Below the pieces are notes generated by a model. That model was not told where the DNA came from, did no database searches, and saw nothing but the letters and a program-made list of their open reading frames with translations. Source: Paramecium tetraurelia (taxonomy: Eukaryota). From it: DNA of 64,000 bases. Made by a program: the position numbers and the translations under genes. The stretch spans positions 124,001 through 188,000 of the forward strand of contig CT868029.1 of assembly GCA_000165425.1 (NCBI GenBank), read 5' to 3'. Shown here in pieces: positions 11,529-25,364 of the stretch. The number at the start of each line of letters is the position of its first letter. Within the stretch, counting starts at the first letter, position 1.

Positions 11529-14228
11529 ATGATTGCACAACCTAGATACTCGTAGAAAATGGCTGACACCTTCTCAAACAGCAAAGACTTTTATTCTTTT
11601 CACTAAAAATAACTGATTGGAACGAAGGTGCATCCCTAACTCTTAGAACATTTATCAATCTCTTAGCGAACGAAAATGACGACTTTGAAAGACCGGACAA
11701 GTTCAGATATATTTACAAGTTTCATTAATAGAGGGATGCTGCATAGTGAATAGAAGGAGATCAATCTTTAGACTTACGACAATTCTTCAACGATGATGAT
11801 TAAGCAGAATGATGATGACAGAATTAGTAAAGAAGAGTAAACAACTCCACAGATTCTGCAAACTCAAGGGGAATAAGAGAAATGTAAGAAATCATATTAT
11901 ACATCGATAGCAAAGAAGTTATTGCCTCCTCTTAAGTTGATTACAAATAAACTGAAACAAAAGGAGAGACAGAACCAATCAAAAGAACGTACTGAAACCT
12001 TTAAAAGTTCCCTCATCGAGACGTATGCCATATTTATATTGTAGACCTACAATGCAAAAAACTTTAGCCAGAAAGCATAGAGCATTCGGATAGGGTGAAC
12101 AGAAGTCAACGATAGAAAATGAAACCAGTGTGCATAAGATGGGAAGAACTTCTTCAACTCCTTTTATGTAAAAGTCAAAAGAGGACAAGGAGGATCATCT
12201 AACAAGCAGATCTGGTACACCGCAAAAAGAGTTGTTTCATGCAAGTCCTCTAAGAAATAGACAAAAACTGTAAAATAAGTAGGCTGTAATTCAAACCCCA
12301 TAATCCAAAGGAGTAAAAGAAAAGAAGTAATCGAATGCTTTCTATTCTTCCTCCTCATAATAGTAATAAATTAAAGGCACAGACATTTAAAATGAAAAAA
12401 AAGTAGTACCCAAGAAAAAAAAGAAAGTGAATCAAGGAATTGCAATTTAATAATAGAATCAATAAAAAGAAAAGTTAACATAACGTCACACTTCATATAG
12501 ATGCTTTATCAATAAAATCAATTTCTCAAATAATTAATGTATTTGTTGTCCCACCAAGTTGGAAGTTCCCTCCTACTTTTATTATGTGGGCAAGGGAAAT
12601 AATGGTAGTCTCATCAAAAACATGTTCCGTTAAAGATGGTGGTGGTAAGAGGTAGAGACTTTGGATATTACCAAAGTGAATATGTCTTGGACATAATTAA
12701 AATAAAACATGTGCATAACCTAATTGCATCCCTGCATTGTGGATTCAGGACCATAGAGTTCTGAGTCATTCCTTTTGAGTCATGAAGAAACAATAGGAGA
12801 CACCAGTGACTCAGACATGGAAGCTAGACCTAAATAATTAAATAGTACTGCAGGCCAATTAAAGTCGACTCCTTAACAGTAATAAAAGAGACCCTAAAAT
12901 TACTATTCTTTAAGAAGAATCTTTAATCAATAAGATCTCTAAAAAATCTTAAATTATATGGAGGAAACTGGATGTTAAGACACTTAATTAATTTTTAGCG
13001 ATTGCACTGAAAAGTTGCTCAAAGACATTAAATCTCTCTGCACTAATCAAAGGCAGGATAGCAAAACCTTTAGAATGCACAATCATATGGAGGATAATTG
13101 GCATTTGGGTAACAAAAAAGCATTGTTCTACAATATGAAACATTACTATTAGATTACAAAGGAGGATTATAATAAGTTACTTCCAGTCACTTTTCATGTA
13201 TAAAAAGGGGTTAATGACATAGAATATCAGAGGTTTTTAGAATACTTTAATAGGAGGACTGAGGAAATTAAAGAAATTGAAAGAACTAGAGAGAGGAAGG
13301 ATAAAAAGAAACTTCCAATTAATTTATGGATTATCAAACCAGGTGAATTAACAAATAGAGGTAATGGAATTACAGTTTGTAATGATCTTAATGAAATCAA
13401 CAAGATCATCAATGAGGAAATTCAAGAGGGCAGACCAAGAACATATATTGTATAATAATATATAGACAATCCTCTTTTATATAATAAGAGGAAATTTGAT
13501 ATCAGATGTTATATGCTATTGACTTCTTAAAATGGGATCTTCAAGGGGTACTGGTATCAGGAGGGATACATTAGAACATCATCAAAGGAGTTCACTACGA
13601 AATGTTTGGATAGATTTGTTCATTTGACCAATGATGCTGTCTAATCTAAGGATCAAGACTATGGAAAACATGAGCCTGGAAATAAAATATCTTATCTTGA
13701 ATTTTAAAGATACGTTGAAGCCAATCATCCGAATTCAAAATTTAATTTCTTCATAGACATTTATCCAAAGATGAAGTCTGCTGCTCTTGAAATGATGAAG
13801 GCTACTTATGGTAAAATAGATCCACATCGTAGAATTAATAGTTTTGAGGTATAATAATTATAATTTATGTGAAGCTCTATGGATTAGACTTTATGATTGA
13901 TGACAATTTTAAATTGTGGTTGATTGAAGCAAATACAAACCCTTGTTTAGAACTCTCTTGTCCACTTCTCAGCAGGATCATACCTACTATGGTTGAAAAT
14001 CTATTTAGGATTGCAGTAGACCCAATTTTCCCTCCTCCTTTTTTTGAAGAATGGCCTCAAAATAAGAAACTATTCATACCAGACAATGTTATTGAAAACA
14101 ACAAATTCGAACTCATTTTTGATGAATTGATTGAAAAAAAGAATATGATCAATCTATTTCGTGATAATAAAATAGAACAGGAATGCTTTGATATTGAAGA
14201 AGAGGAAGAAGAAGAAGAAAAGGATTGA
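11529..14228 (+). CDS. Tubulin-tyrosine ligase-like (TTLL) enzyme, probably from the glycylase branch (TTLL3/8/10-like)
   Basis: YVGKGNNGSLIK, NHMEDNWHLGNKKALF, LWIIKPGELTNRGNGI, YIVQQYIDNPLLYNKRKFDIRCY, HLTNDAVQ, FELYGLDFMIDDNFKLWLIEANTNP. The subfamily assignment is inferred. Confidence 0.9.
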
Positions 14229-14283
14229 GAACTTATCTGATAACTTATTTGTAAAAATATTATATAGATAAATGTTAATTAAC

Positions 14284-15053
14284 TCACTTACAAATTGAAC
14301 AAAAATAATGACCACTCCCCATCTTCTCCTAACGAATTCCAACACATTCAAAATGATACCATTCCTTACATGAATCACACTATTATATATCGTTTTATTT
14401 ACCTAAATGTATTTTCTATCTGGATTTAAAGGTTGATGACACAAGCAAAATTTTTGTAGTTTATCATACCCCCTAAATTTACTTTTTTCCAAATCCCATG
14501 ACAATCTATTAAAGTAAACATTTGACTCTATTTCATTCAATTCAGCATATTCTTTACATGTCACAATATTGCATTTGTCTATTATCGTCTAAGCCAAAAT
14601 ATACTCAGAAAGTTTGGTTTTAAAGATTTCCTGTTCCGAGGCCCATTCATTACTTTTTGGGTGGTTTTTAATAACCTCACTCTTTCTCATGTACCATTCA
14701 ACATTGCATAAGCAAATGTATTTGTTTGTTCTAGGGACCATTACAGATACAATTTATTTGATAATCCCAACATAATCTTCCTCATGATTATCGCCACTGT
14801 TGATTAAAACTGCCTCTCCAACATTGATGTCTCTCCCTTGCACTCTAATTTAGTCGTACTCTTAGAACAACCCTCTATTTCGTTTTGAAATTGCAATAAG
14901 TTGCGACCATTTTTCCTCCTTATACAATTCTCGTATGCCTACTAATTCTTCTTTAATGATTTTTTTCTTAGTGGTACTTGAGGTATTTGGGGATGCTTTT
15001 TTCATTTGTTATTTGTTTGGTATAGTTTTTTTAATCCAGTGAGAATAATTCAT
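14284..15053 (-). CDS. BAH-PHD domain protein (EBS/SHL-like architecture)
   Basis: BAH: INVGEAVLINSG...DYVGIIKQI...VEWYMRKSE...EQEIFKT...IIDKCNIVTCKEY. PHD: FCLCHQPLNPDRKYIQCDSCKEWYHFECVGI...YFCSICK-TGA. One 23-nt intron. Confidence 0.9.
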
Positions 15054-15149
15054 TTTATTTATTATGATTTCGCAAATAATTTATTGATAATTATTGATTT
15101 ATAATATTTTAGGATATAAATTTAATTGATTTATATTTTAATTAAAAAA

Positions 15150-18128
15150 TCAATTTGAATCACCACTGCTTTCAGATACATTCAAAATGTCTTAATCCTT
15201 GAATTGTGGGGAACAAAACAATGTTTTTTGATATTAGTCTTTTCGTATTTCTACATGACTATTATTTTGACTTGACTCGCTGGGATATGTCATTTACTTT
15301 TAATCACTGAAATGTTTCATCTCTTTGGAACTAAACATCTATTACACTTCCTTGTCTTCGTCATTCTCAAATTCACTTGGATCTTATTGATCATCACACA
15401 GATTCATTTATTGAACTGAATCCATCAATTAAGATTATTTATTTGACAAAATAGCCTTCTTACAGGTTTCAGTATCTTGTAGATATTATAAACATTAAAC
15501 TCCTTATAGTTCGTATTTCTTAATGTCAGGTGTTTCTAATACAAACTTTTGACTAGACTGAATCATCTATTGATAAAATCTAAATAGGAATAAATGGGAT
15601 TATTTACTATTATGTTTTGGATTGATTATTCGAGATTTTGTTTAGAATAGTTCTGAATTTCTCACTTTTAGCAGGACTGACGCTCGAATCGTTTTGGAGT
15701 ACTTCACTATTTTATTGATCTTCAGTATTATCAAATAGAGTTCTGAAAGTGCTTTTTGATTTTTAGAAGGCATCCTTTGGTATTTGAGCATGCTCTTCTA
15801 ATTTGGTGGCTGTCCTTTAGACTGATTGTTTAGTTTATCCACTGGCAGGACTGTGAGGAGTGGATTTGGGTGATTCATGATCACTTAATTGTTGCTCTTC
15901 TTCAGGTATGTTCTTTTTGGATTCTCTGTAACTCTCTAAAATCATAATAGGATTAGAAGTGACAGATTATTTGTCTTCGTGTATGCTTTATTTGGAATTC
16001 TTTTCAGATTCCAAAATATTCATAAATATATCTTTATTTTCAAAAGAAATATAAAGATTGTTTTTATTTGGGTGTTATTGTGATTGTTATTATTATGATT
16101 ATAGTTTGGAAGCACTGAGTTAATAAATATTTGTATCATTAAAATATTAGTAAAAATTAGATGGAGTTTCATTGTTTTATGGTTGAGTTTTGGATCCACT
16201 GTAATCGGTTTTAACTCTCTATTACTAATTTGATTAGTTGATTTAAGAATCTACAGTATCAGTTCGTTTCTTTGGAGGAGTAGGCTATGTTCTAATGGTT
16301 TGATTGAAAATTGAATTGTTATGTAGAATTAATTGTTGTTCAGATTCATTTAATTAAAAACTAATATTTAGAGAAAGTCAATACTTCGACACAATCAAAG
16401 CTAAGGTAGACTGCATATCTGTCTTCGCCAAAGACTTCATTTGAATTGTTGATGATAGTAACTGAATTTGGAATTCATTCATTTTTACAAATTCAGACTA
16501 ATAATAATCCATGATCTTTCTGAAAGGTTCCATTCTTATATCTTCTAAGACTTCAGTCCAATTCTTTTCAATATCCTATTTGATATTTTAGGCATCCAGT
16601 TAATGCTACTATAATACGTAGTATAAGTTAGATAATTATTTTAAAGATTCTTATCGTTAATTCTACAGTATCTGAATACTGTTATTACAAGCATCATTAA
16701 TTATCTGCTGCATTACTTGTTTGGACTATTGACATTTTCCAATTTAAGATTCATACCATGCATTAATTTTCTCAATTTGATTTTGCATTTAATTTAACAT
16801 ATCACCTCTTTGAGAATGTGAGTATTCCAATTTGGTTAAAAACCCACTTAATTCTCTTTCCTTGAAATTAACATCTGAAGAATTTGAATGTCTATTTGAA
16901 TCTACTGAACTTGATTAAAATGATAATATTTAGGATTCTTAAGACTTGATAATCAATTGGCTTAAATCTTACACAATCTTGCCTTGACTAGCAACAACAA
17001 TAGCACATTGTGAACAATAGAATTACTGCTTTTGATGTTCATCAACAAAGTATTTAGCCTTCTTGGTTCTATGATTTATGCATGTTCTAACAGGAAATGA
17101 TTCCTGTAGGTGATCATTGGATCCACTTGTATTTTGATATGGCGATTATTAAGTTAACATTTTGGCTTAATGGAATTTGCTATTTAAACTTTCACCAACC
17201 TATTATCAATGTTACTATCTTACACTTTGTTATTCTATTGATATTTTAGAATGCAAATAAGTACTTGGAGTACCAATGTTTAACAAATTCATGTCATTCT
17301 CTTTCTCTCTGTCATAATATATCATTCTAATACACTGCTCATCCAAAACTGATTTACTCTTGCTATGTTCTGTGTTTAATGTTGTAGTCGTAACTTTCGT
17401 TGGTGTGTGATTCATTCCGAAATCGCATTTCTTTAGAATATGTGGTTTCAAATTATATGAAACTGAATTGGCTGAACTATGCCCTTTCAATTTATGGTTT
17501 GATTTAGGTTGCTACTATTGGATTGACAAATAGGGTCCCAGTTGCAATGGATTAGTCTTTGGTTTTTGTGAATTTGAACCTTTTGGAGATGAAATAGCTT
17601 GAAATTACATAAGAATTTATTACTTTAATGGTTTTAGAGTAGAGAAGCTACGCTTTCTTATATTTCGGATGGTGTTGGAGATTTTGCTATAAATCTGTTA
17701 ATTTAAGGAGTGGCTGAATATTCATCATTCACAAGTGAGGAAGGTCTCCTTTATATGAATTCTTCGTTTTTTTTATAGTTGCTTAATTGGGAATTGGGTG
17801 AATAATCTCTCCTCTTACTAAATTGGTTCAATTTTTCTTAGAATTATTCATTTACAATATGACTTTTATTTTGCAAGGAAGTGTTGGATTTATGAATGGC
17901 GATTTGTTGGGATGGCTTTTAAGATGGTTTAGATGCTTAATTGCTTGATCTTGGTGATAAAGGTTTCTTCTCCATAACATCATTGGTTATTTTGTTAAAA
18001 AAGTTCTCATTGATCTGTGTAGGAATCAAATTTGAAAGTTTGATCTTATCAGGTTTGCTAGAAAATTATTGTGCTAAAAATTATTAAGCTTATTGTTATT
18101 TGAACATTTATTGCATTTGTTATGACAT
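15150..18128 (-). CDS. Large hypothetical low-complexity protein with a small Cys/His (B-box-like) motif and coiled coil
   Basis: Frame is continuous across the 16.0-16.2 kb junction. CINHRTKKAKYF...FYCSQCAIVVA near 17000-17090, followed by a helical region. Confidence 0.6.
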
Positions 18129-18772
18129 TTCTTAACTATGAAATTCAAATTCAATTTCTAAATTAATTATATAAATGCCTCCAAATATTTATTAATCTAA
18201 TTACTTTATATTAACAGCTACTTTCCTAATGGTGTGTTTTCAGTATTACCAACCAACAACTCTTTACACTTATCAACATACTTTCATTTAACCAAATCCT
18301 AAAAAACAAATCCTTTTAATATTAGATTTATAACCAATCCTTGAATTAAAATACTCCTATATCCTAATCAGTTTCATAAAGAATTCCAACTATTCTTTAT
18401 AGTGCTTCAACTTCCAATATGTTTACACACAAGTGTTTATTTGTTTTACAATAGTAATTTTACTTACTTGCTTGCTTGCTTACTTACTTATTTAGTTTTA
18501 ACAATCACTATAATATTTTAATATATCTTTAAATTCACCTATTTTCAATAATAAATTAAGAATCACCTTCATATTATATCATCTATCTACTCCAATACTC
18601 TCAATTCCAACTTCAGTTCAAAACCACCTTTCTCTCAAATTAATTCTAATAGAACTTAAGTAACAGCAAGGTCATGCAAAATTTGTTCTATTATTTGTTA
18701 TTTTACAATCTTAATAGGTTTGCTTAAAACATTAGAAGTTCACTTTAATTTGTAGCTTATTAAAATTTTTAT

Positions 18773-19285
18773 ATGCTTGATAAAGCACTATAATTTTCCT
18801 AATTCAAGGAACCTCCATCTTAGTTCCTTGAAATTTTATAGCAACCTCTAAATGTAATCAAATCAAAGCCCAACTACTTTTATAAAGAATACGAAAATTC
18901 CCCCAACAAATTCAAAAGATTGAGAATTTCAACTCATCATGAAGGCGCTGCCAATAATATTGTTATTGACTTAAATATTCCGAGTCCTAACTTTAGAGTT
19001 TAACAAAAATTGGATTACCATGACAACAACATCACAATCCATTCTCAAATCACTAGTTAAAAAACCACACCTAAAACATCGAGATCAAATAGTCCGTTAA
19101 AGAAAGTTTATTTGGGCTCTAGTCTAGTAGCCAAAAGAAAATTAAATGGCTATGTAAAACGCAAAAAATCACCTGACCCATATGAGATATGTCGATAAAT
19201 GACAAAGAAAATATAATATAAGAAAACCGAAACTTTGACTATTGCTTCTCAAACCCTCTTTCTTTTAGCAAAATATGGTACTTGA
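18773..19285 (+). CDS. Hypothetical basic protein (170 aa)
   Basis: Intronless frame MLDKALQFSQFKEPP...FFLAKYGT-TGA. Confidence 0.65.
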
Positions 19286-20590
19286 TAACTCAGATAATGA
19301 TTTTTTAAATTTTCTTAGATTTACTTAGAAACAACCCTTTAGAATTTACAATATGTATTGATTATTTAATCTTATATAAAATTAATTTATATATCTAGCA
19401 GATATATATATCAATGTTATTTAATTCAGTTATTTGATAATCTGGCTAATCAATTTCAAATTATGATTTACATTTAATTAGTTTTACAAAAATCAAAGTT
19501 ATTTTTCTCACTGATCTTTTGAAGACCTTGAGCGATGAACTTTAATTGTCATTAGTTAACTAAAGGTTCAAAAAAGCCTAATCTTAATCATTAATAATAA
19601 TTTTATGTAGTAAGATAATGGCCATATTGAAATATATTACTATCAACCCAAACTTTTTACATAGTATTGAAATAAAATAATGATGCAATATACACAAGAA
19701 AATTTATCAGCTTTTGAGAATTTATATGCATTAATCAAAATAATTAGTCATTTCTTAGATTTCTTTTGAGTATAGTTATTATCAAATAAAGAATGCCATT
19801 GTTCCCCATTCTATAAATCTTCTATTGTTATTTTTATTAATTTGCTAGCCATATATATTGCACAAAGAGTACGAGAAAAGTACATTCAATTTTAGCTTTA
19901 ATTATTTTCTTTGATTTATACTATAAACATGATTTATAGAGGAATAATCTGATAAATATTACTATGAAAATTAAATCAATTAATTACTATCCTCTTAACT
20001 TACATCGATTTTAGTTTTTACTTCTTATAAGTATACCTACGTGACGATGATATGTAGATCGTATCCTATCATTTATAAAATGTAGGACTCTACTTCAATT
20101 TATTTTGAAATTATCTAGTATGTGTTCTAATCATCATATTTTATCTTCTATCCATCAATATCTACTTTCTTTTAGATATGCAACAATTAATGAAAGCAGT
20201 TGCATATCACCATACTTAAAAGTATCTCGTAATCTCTTGCAATATAAAAACATTCTGATGAAATTTTAACTTCCTATGAAAATAGGATATAATCTAGAGA
20301 TAATGTAGAATTCTTTCAATTTCCAAATAGAAACTATTTAATAAGTATATAGTATGTTTAAAGTTATTATTATTCTATTTATTCTAAATTTCACAAGAAA
20401 TTAATAATATAAATTACAATTTTATTATATTTTTAAATAAACTGTGCATTGATTTGTTTCATTTTATCACCCAATAACTGGATTATTAATTTATCCACAA
20501 AAATGCTTAAAATCATTTATCATTCATTCAAAATCTAGAGGAGGAGATTTTTTATATTATATATTAAAATTAACAATTAAATTCTAATTT

Positions 20591-22586
20591 TCAAATAGGT
20601 TTTCTAAACTAAGATGAAAGAACTTCTTATTTCTACTACTACTTGGTTACTTAAGATATCATTTATTGTATTAAGGAGTTTTTGGTACTCATTGAGCATT
20701 TCAAAGTTGTTGTTCCACTACTAACTCGTTTTAATTTTTGAGTCTTTGGGGAATTTTGACAAGAAGCAGCAATGCTATTTTTGAATAAAAATTCGCTAGC
20801 TCCTCCTCTGTCAGTTAAGCAGACATATTCTTATTAAGTATCAGGTAAATTAGTATTCAATTAAAGTGGTTTACCTTCCGATTAATTTTTCTTATGCTTT
20901 TATTATTATTCTAATGGTTATTATTTAATAATTACATTTCTGCAACTCTGGATGATCATTAATATTGATGTTGATATTAATGACTTTGTCTTGATTGGAT
21001 GTATAACGAATATGAATATTAGGTTGAGAAGATTTTCGATTCGTTTGAGATCCTGATTATTTAGTTATTTTTGAATTTGCTTATTATGATGCGGTTGGAG
21101 TCTACTTGATTTTATTTATTTTTAAATCATTTTGTGCTCCCCTGGAAATAGTGGGACTGTTTCTGTTTGAAAAGAAATTTTGAGTCCCTGATTGAGGTCT
21201 ATGGGTTTAGGATCCATTTTTCCATTTGATTTCTTATTCAGTAGGGTCTTCCTCAATCAATAATTTAGATACTTATTTTAGATTCAATTTGCCTACATAG
21301 ATGATAGAGAATAATTACCTATATTTGTTTGATTGGATGTAGATACCTTATTATGAGGATTGGTTGTAGGAGATGGTATGTTGTTTTGATTATATTTATT
21401 GAGTAATTAAGGAATAGATTGCACATTTTTCTTCAAGTCTTTCAGGAAAAGTTGAGTAGAGATCTTGGGCTAATGTTAGATAATAGTTTTAGATTTTGGA
21501 TTGGCAGATTATTTAATTTGTTCATTCTGATCAACTCTTGTCAGACTTTGAGGATTGTCATTACTTTATTTGCTTTTGAATAAGGAATCAACTTGATTTT
21601 TCACAAAATTCACATTGATATCTTTCGATAATTTATTCATCTGTAGCAATAATTCAGTATTTTATTTAGAATGCTGAGAGCCAAACCTAGATTTAGATTC
21701 TTCTTATTGTTTTTAAATCAAGGTTTAAATTAACAACTCATGAGGTTGACTCAACTTTTTCTTAGACTTTAGGTGTTGAGAATCTCCTTTGGGCTAGGCT
21801 TTTTTGACCTGTTGATTCATGTAGTTTAGGAATTTATTCAATTGCAATTCTTCTGTTTTACCTGCCTGGATGAAAAGTGAGGATTGTTCAAACGCCTAAT
21901 TACCCAGATGTTTGCAAATTTCTTGTAATGTGCATGAAATGTCAATTTTCTATTTATTTAATATTCTTGATTTATTTAACCAACTCAGGTCTTTCAAAAT
22001 TTGAATATTTCTGAATCTCCTTGCTGCTGTAGGTGATTCCTCTTCTTTTTGGGTTTCCTGTGAATTAGCAGGGGAGGGTCGTTCACCAACAATACCTTTT
22101 GGAGGGCGATTGGGATTTTTCTTATTCTCATCTTCAATTAAACGAGCAATCCTGTAGTACTCATATTTGCGCTTCTTATCGTAGTATTTGTTTAGCAAGG
22201 TCGCAATTGGTTCCATAAATAATCTGGCAATATCTGTATGAAACTCTTTTATATGGTTAATTTTACTTTATAGTATTCAGTTAACAACTGGACCTTCTGC
22301 GGATATTCATCAGTAAAATAATACCTTTTTAGGTACTCATCCTTAGAATGATTGAAAACATTACATCATCGTCATATCCATACCAATCCTTGTATCTGAT
22401 CACAGCTTTTGATGAAGTATCGGCAAGAATTTCATTTACATCTCTAGTGTAATAATAATTCTAAGATTGGCAATAACGAAGGAACAAATTTTTATTGGTC
22501 CACACCACTGTATTTTGAATCAGTTCAGATTATCTAATTATCTTCAGATTTTCCTTGTTGATTAATTATTCCTTATTATGTTTCAT
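20591..22586 (-). CDS. Hypothetical protein with a Tyr-rich N-terminal domain and a long Q/S/N-rich tail
   Basis: RYCQSQNYYYTRDVNEILAD...EYLKRYYFTDEYPQKVQLLTEYYKFHTDIARLFMEPIATLLNKYYDKKRKYEYYRI. Several short introns. Confidence 0.7.
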
Positions 22587-23028
22587 CACTTTTATTGTAA
22601 ATTAATAATATTTTTAAGATAATAAGGAGAGAATTTAATCCCAATATTCAAGTCTTTATAAACCTCAAACTAGGTTTACAATTTTAAGAAATAGCAAATT
22701 GATTGCTTGTGAATGGAAAGTTTTGCTAAAGGAAAAATTGAAGCAGAATAAGATATAAACCAATTTAATAAAAGCATGCAAAAAAATAAATCGAGCTCAA
22801 AGTAGAAGATTATTAAAATTGTTGAATAAGAAGAAGATAATGATTCTTTTGGTGTAGGCATAAGAAGGGACTGATATTGATAGATGAATATTTAAAAAGA
22901 ATATGGATAGGAAATATTCATTTATTGTTAAATATAAAGTGTCTAATTAAAATATAAGATATAGCAATGATTAAATAAACCTAATTTTAGTTATTACTTA
23001 AACCACATTAGAATTATAATTATCATTT

Positions 23029-24078
23029 ATGGATATAAATATAGGGAGTTCGTTTAAAATGACAAAGAAATTGGGTTCAGGTATTTATGCAGAAGTATTT
23101 CATGGATTCAATATCAAAACGAACATGGAAGTGGCAATTAAACTTGAGCCTGTAAACACAAAGCGTCCACAACTGTTTTATGAAGGAAAATTATACTAAT
23201 ACTTGTAACAAGAACCCTCAGTTATTGATAAAGGAATTCCAAATGTTTACTATTGTGCAACAGAGGGTACATATTTTTTGTAAAATTAAGGTGGAAATAA
23301 TATTATGGTAATGGATCTCCTTGGCCCTTCTTTAGAAGATCTATTCAATTTATGTGGCAGAAAATTTTCTCTAAAGTCAGTATTAATGTTGGCTGATCAG
23401 ATGATTTAAAGGATTGAATATGTTCATTCTAGAAACTTTTTACATCGAGATATTAAACCAGACAAATTTTTAATTGGAACAGGCAATAGGTACTAGATAT
23501 TTAAATTTAAATAGAGCTCATAAGGTTTATATTATTGGTTTTGGATTTGCAAAGAGATATATTCAAAAAGATGGCAAACACATTCCCTATAAGGAGGGTA
23601 AAGATTTAACAGGGACTGCCCGTTATGCTTCAATCAATAACCATCTTGGTATTGAGCAGGTAAAAATGGATTTAAATTTTAGGGAAGAAGAGATGATCTT
23701 GAATCATTAGGCTATGTAATGATGTACTTCTTAAGAGGATCTCTCCCCTGGTAAAACTAGAGGACTAGGAAACTAGAATACCGCGAAAGTGTTGATAAGA
23801 AAAAGCTTTCAATATCAATTGAAAAATTATGCGAAGGATTTCCATAAGAATTTGCTACATACTTAAATTATGCAAAAAAATTAAGATTAGATGAAAAACC
23901 TGACTACAATCACTTAAGAACTTTATTTAAAGATTTATTTACCAAGAGTGGATTTGAGATGGACAATATTTATGATTGGAATCTGATTTAGAAAATGGAT
24001 GGTACTCCTGGAAAAACCACAAACAACAATTAAACAGAATAACTGCCAATAGGTTAAGTGCTCCAAAAATAAGGTTGA
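23029..24078 (+). CDS. Casein kinase 1 family protein with degenerate catalytic motifs (probable pseudokinase)
   Basis: [58 protein letters not shown] and LPWQ are all CK1-diagnostic, but the catalytic motifs read HRDIKPDK and IIGFGFA. Three introns. Confidence 0.92.
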
Positions 24079-25079
24079 TAATCAACCTTAAAGATTATTA
24101 TTGTTATATATATATAAATTTTATAAAAGAAATATTTATTAATTATCTCTATCCTTTTTTATTATAAAATTTAGCCAATCAATGAATCGCATATATCTTA
24201 ACGAGTAATAATAAGGATTAATAAAAACGATAGATATATTCTAAATTATCAAACAAATAATTTTGATTACAAACATTAGTATACAAAAGTGAGAATTATC
24301 TTTGTGAATACTTTGTGAGTTGAACATGTAAATTTTTCACAAGAAATTCAAAAAGTATATCAAAAAGAGCATGTCGATAAGATTCTGTTAATGAAGCAGA
24401 AATCTATCTCAAGGTCTCATATAAATTTCGCAAATTTCAACTTATTTAATAAATCAATAAAATTCTCTATCTGAATATCGAAAGATAATGCACTGTATCT
24501 TTATTTCTAGAGGCAAAGAAAAAAGATTTTTAGATTTCGAAATATAGAGTAATTAATGTTGACCAGAACTAAACTCTTTTATTCATTGTCCTGGTTTATT
24601 TTATTATGAAATAAAATTTAATTTCAAATCACGTTTATTTAGAGATAAATAATCAATAACTTTATGCAAATAATTACTAAGATTGTTGAGCATTTTAAAA
24701 ACTAAAAAATAATTATATTTTATTTATTCAATTGTATCAAAATTTATGAAAACCAACAATTCAGAATGAACTCAAATTTATATCTCCAAAAAATATACCT
24801 AAATAGTTTTATATTGAAAGTAGAATCCATATATAATAGTTCCTAATAAAAGTTAAATTTAAACCAATTGTTTTCAGAACTAATTTTATTTTCAAATCAG
24901 AAGGACTACTAAACTCGTGTATTAATTGAAGAATTAGATTTATAGGATATTTGATTGTTGCAAAATAGAAAATTTAGAATTATTAAGCTTTTACAAATTC
25001 TTGATTTTTCATCCAACAATACGAAATTAAATTAAAAATTTTAAAAACTAAAAGAACCCTCAAAAGATTGTTCTGTTAT

Positions 25080-25330
25080 AATTAGATTTGGCCCATAATA
25101 ATATTACAGACTAATTATAAAATGATAAAATTTTAGAGTATTATTAATTAATAGGTGAATAATGATAAAATAGAATATTTAAAAAATTTTGTACTATGAT
25201 ATTAAACCAGAATATTAAATCAATTAATAGTAAATAAAATCCTGTGCTTAATTCCATGATTATAAAATGAAATTGTTGTCTTTAATACTTAATTTGATTC
25301 AAATAGATGCAGTTAGAATTAGATGAGTAT
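25080..25330 (+). pseudogene. Degenerate kinase-like (CK1-like) relic
   Basis: Broken fragments resembling LLIGE..IEYL..NF..DIKPE (gatattaaaccagaa near 25198-25212), with frameshifts and stops. Confidence 0.3.
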
Positions 25331-25364
25331 AAGTATAAAAATATTAATAATTTAAAAAATTAAC

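Noticed and set aside
16023..16042. Apparent boundary between two genes near 16.0 kb
   Set aside because: Careful base counting shows the frame runs through (QQHPNKNNLYISFENKDIFMNILE), so it is treated as one gene, 15150-18128.
18461..18490. ttac/ttgc tetranucleotide run
   Set aside because: Short imperfect microsatellite; not a telomeric C4A2/C3A3 repeat and has no array structure.
22713..22874. 53-aa plus-strand ORF upstream of the CK1 gene
   Set aside because: Short and motif-free; frames of this length arise easily when TGA is the only stop.
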